From an uncultured virus (IMG/VR IMGVR_UViG_3300026136_000184) (taxonomy: Duplodnaviria; Heunggongvirae; Uroviricota; Caudoviricetes), in IMG/VR virus record IMGVR_UViG_3300026136_000184, positions 52,616 through 72,615 of that record: a stretch of 20,000 nucleotides of DNA; one strand, written 5' to 3'. Below are positions 7,744 to 14,505 of the stretch, in pieces. The translations under genes were made by a program, and so were the position numbers. The notes below the pieces were generated by a model, which worked only from the letters and a program-made list of their open reading frames with translations, was not told the origin of the DNA and did not search any database. Position 1 is the stretch's first letter. Each line of letters starts with the position of its first letter.

Positions 7744-8501
7744 TACTTTTTACCCTTCTTTTTAGATTTTGCTTTTGGTTTTTCTGTTACGATGTTTTCT
7801 AATGCCGCTTTCTTAATTGCTTCGATATCAAAGTCTTCTTCAAGTTCTGCTAATTCAGCCTCTTCAGGATGCAGTTCTGTTTCTCCTTCTGCTGGGAAAC
7901 TATCTGGAGCCTCGTCTGCTGACTTCATTACAAATTCTTCAGGCTCTACAGGGGGAATAGGAGCAATCTCTGCTTCAATAGGTGCTACGTATTCTTCTTG
8001 TTGTTGTGGTGTTTCGATAGTCGGCGAACCATTTGCATCATATCCTTCAACTACAGTTTCTTGCGGTATTTCTGCTACTGGTTGCACACTTTCTTGCACT
8101 TTAGGTTTTGATTCTTCTACTAACTTGTCTAGCATAGGAGTCTCAGCCGGCGCCTTTTCTTCTACGGCGCCAGATTCTTGTGCTTTTGCCTCTTTTTCTA
8201 ATGCTTCAAGTTCTCTCTTTTGCTTAGGAGATAACGGCGCATTTGGATTTGCACTTTTACTGAGATTAGGATTTTCAGGACGTTCTTGTAAACTTACTGC
8301 ACCCTGTGTTCCTACTTGCGATGCATAAGAATCTGCAACTCTTTGCGTATTAGGTCTGACTACATTTCCTGCTTGATCAATCTCATCACCACGTGAATTG
8401 ATTGAATTAATATTACTAACAGCACGTGTCTTTTCTTGTTTCGCAATCAAAGACGCCATGTCTAATGATTTTCCTCTTGCCGTTTTATATATTCTTCCCA
8501 T
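7743..8501 (-). CDS. Hypothetical protein: ~60-aa N-terminal domain, long acidic P/E-rich disordered region and basic tail
   Basis: Full ORF with an AGGA RBS and a TAATG overlap with groES. Confidence 0.8.
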   Translation of the reverse strand: MGRIYKTARGKSLDMASLIAKQEKTRAVSNINSINSRGDEIDQAGNVVRPNTQRVADSYASQVGTQGAVSLQERPENPNLSKSANPNAPLSPKQKRELEALEKEAKAQESGAVEEKAPAETPMLDKLVEESKPKVQESVQPVAEIPQETVVEGYDANGSPTIETPQQQEEYVAPIEAEIAPIPPVEPEEFVMKSADEAPDSFPAEGETELHPEEAELAELEEDFDIEAIKKAALENIVTEKPKAKSKKKGKK

Positions 8502-8509
8502 ATTGTTTC

Positions 8510-9016
8510 CTATTTTAAAAATTCTTCAACGTCTAAACCGTAGTATATACTATTTATACGGTGAATTCCTATCAAAAATAAAACAAAACTTGATACACTA
8601 GAGCCTCTTCCAACTCCCCATACAATATTATGTTCTCTCATCAAATCAACAAGATATTTCATATATTGTAAAAGCAGAAATTGTCCTCGTTTTTGATACA
8701 ATAACAATTCTTTTCCTACTCGTTGAAGTTCTTCTTCATGTTTACATTGTTCCAGTAACCATGCGGCAATATCAAGTTCTCTGTATTTCTGAGGCATATG
8801 CCATTTACTTCGCATTTCTTCATCAAAATCTGCGACTGAAACTTGTGCAAGTGTATGTTCTAATAACTCTGGGACATTTTCTATTTCAAGTTCTGGATCG
8901 ATTTCTATTTTACCGTCAGTAAGAACGTGCTTTAACTTCTGATTCGGATTCTTCATGTAGATATCTACTAAATCTCGTTCAGTATAGATAGGACGTCCGT
9001 AGTAATCGTTAATCAT
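8510..9016 (-). CDS. dnaE: Stand-alone fragment of DNA polymerase III alpha subunit (family C)
   Basis: ELQRVGKELLLY...YMKYLVDLMREHNIVWGVGRGSSVSSFVLFLIGIHRINSIYYGLDVEEFLK matches the DnaE segment RLxxELxxI...GPGRGSxxGSLVAYxLxITxxDPLxxDLxFERFL. Only 168 aa. Confidence 0.88.
   Translation of the reverse strand: MINDYYGRPIYTERDLVDIYMKNPNQKLKHVLTDGKIEIDPELEIENVPELLEHTLAQVSVADFDEEMRSKWHMPQKYRELDIAAWLLEQCKHEEELQRVGKELLLYQKRGQFLLLQYMKYLVDLMREHNIVWGVGRGSSVSSFVLFLIGIHRINSIYYGLDVEEFLK
8551..8558 (-). promoter_or_regulatory. T4-late-like promoter TATAAATA inside the 3' end of the dnaE fragment
   Basis: TATAAATAGTA 49 nt upstream of the ATG at 8501, with the same AGTA flank as the 11375 site. Confidence 0.5.
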
Positions 9017-9023
9017 ATGATAT

Positions 9024-9051
9024 ATTATACACTAATATAGTTGAAATACAA
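9024..9051 (-). promoter_or_regulatory. Sigma70-type promoter of the dnaE fragment
   Basis: TTGTAT-N16-TATAAT with 7 nt to the ATG and no Shine-Dalgarno. Confidence 0.65.
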
Positions 9052-9061
9052 GCAAAAAGGT

Positions 9062-9634
9062 CTAACTCTTGGTAGATTTTTTACCCTTTTTGCTGAAGTT
9101 GAGTGATAGTTTTTCCCATTCATCATTAGAAAAAAGTTTTACGATATTGTTATCATCATCGATTGGTTTGGAATGTTCAATGCAAAGTGTACTACAGTTC
9201 CACCATTTAAAATTAGATTGATCTATATTATTTTCTACTATCTCTGAAACCGTACAGAATCGAACACCCTCACTTAAATGAGAACTTAATGTACAGTCAG
9301 TTATTTTGATTCTTCCCTCAGCAATAGAATTAAATTTTTGCAAGAGTGCCATAGAAATAATTTGATCAAAGGGATCGTCTGGTAATTCACAAACTCTAAT
9401 ACCTGCTTCTTTGTATTTTTTAATTTCTTTAACGTTGTTTTCGTTAATAAAGATGCAATTGTTTAATACATGTATAACGAAATGTATTAGGCGCTCTAAT
9501 GCGATGTTTTGTTCTGCAATGTCTTCTGTCTCTACTAACATAGATAAAGTCATTATATATTCATTTAGCATGAACGTGTCGGCAAAATGTATTGCAGTAG
9601 AGAAACCTAAATCTTTCTCTATTCTAGTACTCAT
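9062..9634 (-). CDS. Hypothetical protein, possibly a degenerate QueD/PTPS (T-fold) homologue
   Basis: Full ORF with ATGA coupling. Pattern similarity to QueD by eye (KDLGFSTA; VLNNCIFIN; ELPDDPFDQII) but no HGH motif. Confidence 0.7.
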   Translation of the reverse strand: MSTRIEKDLGFSTAIHFADTFMLNEYIMTLSMLVETEDIAEQNIALERLIHFVIHVLNNCIFINENNVKEIKKYKEAGIRVCELPDDPFDQIISMALLQKFNSIAEGRIKITDCTLSSHLSEGVRFCTVSEIVENNIDQSNFKWWNCSTLCIEHSKPIDDDNNIVKLFSNDEWEKLSLNFSKKGKKSTKS

Positions 9635-9870
9635 TTTCTATCTACTTTAATGTTATCACCTATGTCTTTTTCAGCAAATAACTTGTCTAGTTTTTTCTTT
9701 TGCTCGGCTTTGTAACTATTAAGAATCATATCTAATTGATTAATCATAGGTTGATTTTGTATGCGATGTGCAAATGTGATTTTGGTAGTAAGATCAGAAA
9801 TTGCTTCTTGTAAATCTTCTATACTTTTATCAGAGAGATCACTAATAAATGGATGATGCATGCCTGACAT
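9631..9870 (-). CDS. Small helical/coiled-coil hypothetical protein (79 aa)
   Basis: AAGGAG RBS; heptad-like LQEAISDLTTKI and INQLDMILNSY. Confidence 0.8.
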   Translation of the reverse strand: MSGMHHPFISDLSDKSIEDLQEAISDLTTKITFAHRIQNQPMINQLDMILNSYKAEQKKKLDKLFAEKDIGDNIKVDRK

Positions 9871-9880
9871 AGCCTACTCC

Positions 9881-11350
9881 TTAGAAAGAATCTAGTTTAA
9901 CTCTTTTCCAAATATCGTGGCCTTGTGTGTATGTCGTGCCTAATGCTACGTTTGAACTAAATGTGTGATCTGCTAATGTTACATTGCCGTCTGCTACACC
10001 ATTTGTACGTGATCGGCTTATTGATATTTTTGTGTTTGCACCACCTGTATCAATATCAGCAATATAATATGTAGTATTGGCTTCTATTCCACCTGCGTTT
10101 AATTCTATTTCTCCACCTGAAAATACAATAGGTTGATTTAAACCGTATGATGCTATATTTGGAATTGTTGCTGTAAATTCTATCTGATCTGCTGTTGCAG
10201 TAGTCATCAATAAATTAGCAGTGTTTACTGTGCTATCAAATGTTCCAGTAGCATGATAAACATATTTAATAGGTGATACTTGCATTGTGCTGTTACCAGT
10301 TGATAATGAAATGTTGCTACCACCTAATGTAGTGCTTACTGCAAAACTAGTATTATCTTCGACAAATGTTACATAATAATCTGTACCCGCAGACACTCCT
10401 CCGAATACTGCATTGCCATTTTGTCCTGTAAACTCTACAGGCATACCTATATAAAATCCAGTAGTATTGTCTGTAATAAATGTATTGTCACTGGCTGTAC
10501 CAGTGCCTACTCCTACGCCAGTTGCTACAAAAGTAGTTCCTGGGTTGCTGTCTGCGGCACCAATTAAAGTAAAATCAGTGTCTCCTGTAGAAACAATAAT
10601 ATATTCTCTACCAATTACAAATGATCCTGCAGTAATAACGTTACCTGTATCAGTTACAGTCTGTGGTTCAATAACTGGATCAATTGCAACGTCACCATTT
10701 CTATCACCTACATAACCTGTAGGGGTAATTGCTTCTCTTTGTTCGATTTGCGAGATTTGATAACTTCTGTTAACTGGTTCTACTACGATTGTATTACCAC
10801 AATCAATGGTAGAAAAATCATATATGAGATTAGTTACATTGTGTGGTGCTTTAGCAATTGCTAAGTTACCACTAACTTCGATGTTGTTTTCTAAAATGTC
10901 TCCACTACCTACAACTTCAGCAGGGAATATTAAAAATGCATCAGTATTTGCAACTGTTAAGTCTAATGTTATAGTATGTTTTGTAGCAGTAGGTGCCCAA
11001 CCTGCAAATTGAAACGTAGTGTTTCCTGTGATAGTTGCAAATTGTACGTCACCTAACGTACAATCAACTACAACTGATCCTGATACGTTATTACCTAAAT
11101 TATATGTAGTATTACGAAAAGTTCTAATAGCGGCATTACTAATTAAAGTATTAGCCATGTTATTATTAAGCGGGATATTATTTAGAGCCTGCTTAAGCAC
11201 AGCCTTATCTTGCAATTCGGTAATTTCCTCGCCGGCTGTGTTTAAATTATTTTTGATAGACGTAAAGTTATCTCTAAAACCCTGAGAATTATTATTCTGT
11301 CCCGGGGTAGGATAGTTTCCGTTTATTCCGTTTGTATTAATTGTACTCAT
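9881..11350 (-). CDS. Virion structural protein (tail/baseplate fibre-like)
   Basis: N/T/G-rich. N-terminal anchor-like segment GQNNNSQGFRDNF followed by a short coiled coil; beta-rich modules (GMPVEFTG...GGVSAGTDYYV and NQPIVFSG...GGIEANTTYYI); late box upstream. Confidence 0.75.
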   Translation of the reverse strand: MSTINTNGINGNYPTPGQNNNSQGFRDNFTSIKNNLNTAGEEITELQDKAVLKQALNNIPLNNNMANTLISNAAIRTFRNTTYNLGNNVSGSVVVDCTLGDVQFATITGNTTFQFAGWAPTATKHTITLDLTVANTDAFLIFPAEVVGSGDILENNIEVSGNLAIAKAPHNVTNLIYDFSTIDCGNTIVVEPVNRSYQISQIEQREAITPTGYVGDRNGDVAIDPVIEPQTVTDTGNVITAGSFVIGREYIIVSTGDTDFTLIGAADSNPGTTFVATGVGVGTGTASDNTFITDNTTGFYIGMPVEFTGQNGNAVFGGVSAGTDYYVTFVEDNTSFAVSTTLGGSNISLSTGNSTMQVSPIKYVYHATGTFDSTVNTANLLMTTATADQIEFTATIPNIASYGLNQPIVFSGGEIELNAGGIEANTTYYIADIDTGGANTKISISRSRTNGVADGNVTLADHTFSSNVALGTTYTQGHDIWKRVKLDSF

Positions 11351-11374
11351 AATTTATTTAATCTCTCAATATAC

Positions 11375-11382
11375 TATTTATC
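11375..11382 (-). promoter_or_regulatory. T4-late-like promoter GATAAATA
   Basis: GATAAATAGTA in the 40-bp gap, 24 nt before the ATG at 11350. Confidence 0.65.
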
Positions 11383-11390
11383 AACGCAAA

Positions 11391-14015
11391 TTATCCAGAT
11401 ACATTTCCTTCATCAGGTAAGATCGTTCTTCTAGGAAATAAAACATGAAAATCTTCAGAGTCAATAGGATCGGGTTCTGGAGACGCACTAGGCAGTCCTG
11501 TCCATGCGGGCGGCGTAGTATTATTATCGTAGTCAAATGTAGTAGACTTGTCAACAGTGATTCTGTCTAACTGGAAGTTGATCGTGTTCAACGTATATGG
11601 TCTTCCTAAAGGATCTAACCATAACGTTTCAATGTTGTTTTTAATTGCATCAGCAGTTCCTGGTTTACAATACGCAATAACCCAAGCAGGAGTATATCCT
11701 AATGTTGACCCATTTGCTTGTTGACTTGTCATCCATTCAGGTAGCAATCTAAAATCAAATTCTTGTCCTAAATTTTCTCCTGTTCTATCTCTCATGTTTG
11801 GCAGTGAGTTAGGATATAATGCTCTCGCAAACTCAGGAGTTAAACTTGTGTAATACTTAGGTGCACTTGTTTCTGTCAATAAAGGCAACTCAGTTTCTGA
11901 AACAATTAATTGTTCTTCAAATGTTTCTTCAGTTTGTATTTGTTGTCCGTCAGGAGTAGTATCTATGTAACTTGTATAGATATCTGTTACACTTGTATAC
12001 CAAGGTCCTTTATTCAAAGGTATATTTCTTGGCCACAGAATGTCTTGGCTGATGCTTTTACCTTTTGGATTGATTAAATTATCTTGTATTTCAGAATAAA
12101 CTACTTCGTATACAATTTCTCCTGCTGAATTTTTAGCAACCGCAGTCTTTAATTCACCTAATGTAATATATCTCCAATAATGATTTTTATCAATAGCCGC
12201 TACATAATCTTCAAAGTCACTTGCATAGATACCATAAGCATGTTCATATGTGATATTATCTGCTTTACCAAAGTTAACATCTTCAGGTCTATACAAATCT
12301 GCATCCGGTATGATTGCAGTATTTGTAAGTAACCCTTGAATAATATTTCTATCTGCAACACTCGGTACACATTTAATATATAATGTGTCAGTTGGTTGAG
12401 TAAATTCTTGTACAATTGTTAATGTAAATTCTCTAGTAGAATTTATAACCGGGTATAGAGGCGAGTATGCTTCGATTGTAAATGTAAATGGAGTTTCATT
12501 ACCAGGTTCTGTAAACGTGTCATTAGGCTGATATGCAACTGTACCTGATATCTCACCATTATCTAATAGTTGTAAGTTAGGAGGTAATGTTCCGCTTGTT
12601 ATTCTATACTCTAATGGTACGTCTGCTGTTGCACTGACTGCTAAAATAGATGTTTCACTATTATTCATCTTACCGAGATCACTAGGTGTTGTCCAATCAA
12701 TCACACCTAATATATCATTTGTTACTGTTAATTTAAATCGAAAAGTAGAACTTTGTATAGATGTGAAACTTGCCTTTCTTACATTAACACTAAATGTATA
12801 TTGTGAAATGCTATCTTCTGCAATTGTAGGCGTTCCTGTTATCCATCCTGTGACTGGATCTCCTACTAATCCTAAAGGCAGATCAGTATATCGATACTCT
12901 AAAGCATTACCATCAAAATCTTTTCCTAACATTCTCCAAGAAAAATATTCACCACTTTGAAATGTTCCAATATCTGCCTCTTCACTAGGAGAGTATGTAG
13001 TGTTTAAGTCACCATTAGGAAATACATAATAACCATAATTAGTTGGGTCGTTTACTGCTATGTCAAATGTTGCTGGTCTTGTGTTTAGAACACTAGGTAT
13101 TCTACTATTCGGTGGGAAGCCAGGGCCGCCTGAACTAATAGGTGCATTTTGATTAGCAATAACGATGTTATATGATTCTAATGCATTTCCTAATGGTGAT
13201 GTCAATTCTAATGTAAATGAATATGTTTGTACCGTAGGTTCACCAGTTTGTATCTGTGGCAACGTTGCTCCAAATGTTCCAACACCATCTACCAAAATTT
13301 CTTCTGTACCACCTCTTGCACCTGATATTGTAAATGTGGTTGCACTTAAAATATCCTTGACATAATATGTTCTGTTTGCTACAATGTCTCCGTATACTGC
13401 ACCATTGAATATAATAGGTCTTTCTTCAACAAATCCTGTCGTACTTAATACTGTTAAAACATTTGATGATATTGCTAATACTGATGTATTAACTGTACTG
13501 TAATTAATATTAATAACTGGAGCATCAGGATAGCCTCTGATCAAACCTTTATCGTTAATTTCTAATCCAGGTGGTAATGTTCCTTGAATTTTTCTAATAG
13601 ATATCGGATTGTCTTCTACTGGATTTGTGTATTCTATTTGTAACTCTCTCCACACACTATCATTAGAATTTAATATAGTACCAGTAGGAGTAATAAACTC
13701 AGGCGTTGCAACACCACTAATAATCATACTAAACGTTCTATCTAAAATACGTTGTGTATCTCCTAGATAATCGTCTGTTGCTCTGACAGCAAAATTATAA
13801 GTAGTGTCTTCACCAACTGTTGCAGGTGTACCTGATAATACACCAGTTTCACTGTTTAGTGATAATCCTTCAGGTATGCTTCCACTTAGTATTGTATAAG
13901 TGATTGCTGTTGCAGGAAGTTCTGGAGTTGCTACAAACGTAAATGTCATAGGAACTTGAGACGGGAATGCGCCTATACTTCCGGCTGGTGTTACCCAATC
14001 AGGATGATTACTCAT
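11391..14015 (-). CDS. Virion structural protein with four Ig/cadherin-like (He_PIG-type) repeats, probable baseplate component
   Basis: Repeats GSIPEGLSLNSETGVLSGTP, GTLPPGLEINDKGLIRGYP, DLPLGLVGDPVTGWITGTP and GTLPPNLQLLDNGEISGTV, each followed by a [YF]xF[TAS] strand. Lies among structural genes. Confidence 0.8.
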   Translation of the reverse strand: MSNHPDWVTPAGSIGAFPSQVPMTFTFVATPELPATAITYTILSGSIPEGLSLNSETGVLSGTPATVGEDTTYNFAVRATDDYLGDTQRILDRTFSMIISGVATPEFITPTGTILNSNDSVWRELQIEYTNPVEDNPISIRKIQGTLPPGLEINDKGLIRGYPDAPVININYSTVNTSVLAISSNVLTVLSTTGFVEERPIIFNGAVYGDIVANRTYYVKDILSATTFTISGARGGTEEILVDGVGTFGATLPQIQTGEPTVQTYSFTLELTSPLGNALESYNIVIANQNAPISSGGPGFPPNSRIPSVLNTRPATFDIAVNDPTNYGYYVFPNGDLNTTYSPSEEADIGTFQSGEYFSWRMLGKDFDGNALEYRYTDLPLGLVGDPVTGWITGTPTIAEDSISQYTFSVNVRKASFTSIQSSTFRFKLTVTNDILGVIDWTTPSDLGKMNNSETSILAVSATADVPLEYRITSGTLPPNLQLLDNGEISGTVAYQPNDTFTEPGNETPFTFTIEAYSPLYPVINSTREFTLTIVQEFTQPTDTLYIKCVPSVADRNIIQGLLTNTAIIPDADLYRPEDVNFGKADNITYEHAYGIYASDFEDYVAAIDKNHYWRYITLGELKTAVAKNSAGEIVYEVVYSEIQDNLINPKGKSISQDILWPRNIPLNKGPWYTSVTDIYTSYIDTTPDGQQIQTEETFEEQLIVSETELPLLTETSAPKYYTSLTPEFARALYPNSLPNMRDRTGENLGQEFDFRLLPEWMTSQQANGSTLGYTPAWVIAYCKPGTADAIKNNIETLWLDPLGRPYTLNTINFQLDRITVDKSTTFDYDNNTTPPAWTGLPSASPEPDPIDSEDFHVLFPRRTILPDEGNVSG

Positions 14016-14473
14016 TTATTGAGACCTAATGAATAATGTGTTCTGCCGTCAACTTTAGATGCAGTTAAAGACTTGCCTCTATTACCTGCAGTATTGTAAG
14101 TAACATGTACCCAACCTGAGTCAGGTACACCCGGGGTATAGAATTCTAAGATTACTTGATCAAAATCTGTGTTCTTTTCAATCCACTTAGCCAGATCGTA
14201 ATTAGATACGCCATGTATTTCTATGTCTGCGGCCTGTCCTTTGCAATGTTGCGATTTTGCACTTCCGCCTACTGCTTTATTAAGAGCAGATCCACGATAT
14301 CCACTATTAATAATTACAGGTCCAAAATGATCTCTTACTTTTTGTAATACGTTTTCACATAATGCTTTTGCATTTTCTAAATGTTCTTCAGGCATAGTGT
14401 TATCTAAACCCTGACGTATTGCTGTTTGACTTTTTTCAAACTCTGTGAGTGTAAAATTTTTTGATAATTTCAT
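14012..14473 (-). CDS. Peptidase M15A (Zn peptidoglycan peptidase, endolysin-like)
   Basis: Start re-assigned to MKLSKNFTLTEF at 14473 (AAGGA RBS). INSGYR, SQHCKGQAADI (H-x6-D) and WVHV provide the M15 zinc ligands. Confidence 0.9.
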   Translation of the reverse strand: MKLSKNFTLTEFEKSQTAIRQGLDNTMPEEHLENAKALCENVLQKVRDHFGPVIINSGYRGSALNKAVGGSAKSQHCKGQAADIEIHGVSNYDLAKWIEKNTDFDQVILEFYTPGVPDSGWVHVTYNTAGNRGKSLTASKVDGRTHYSLGLNK

Positions 14474-14505
14474 TTGTTTTTTATCCTTCTTAAAGATGCA
14501 AAACA

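Noticed and set aside
7328..8601. Plus-strand ORFs 7328-7765, 7792-8328 and 8398-8601
   Set aside because: They are antisense shadows of groES and the Glu-rich gene; the Ser-rich translations mirror GAA codons.
1..9016. Cellular (bacterial or archaeal) origin suggested by clpA, dnaJ, groES, RFC, dnaE and phoH
   Set aside because: groES without groEL, a fragmentary dnaE, T4-late-like boxes and adjacent fibre, Ig-repeat and lysin genes fit a large phage better.
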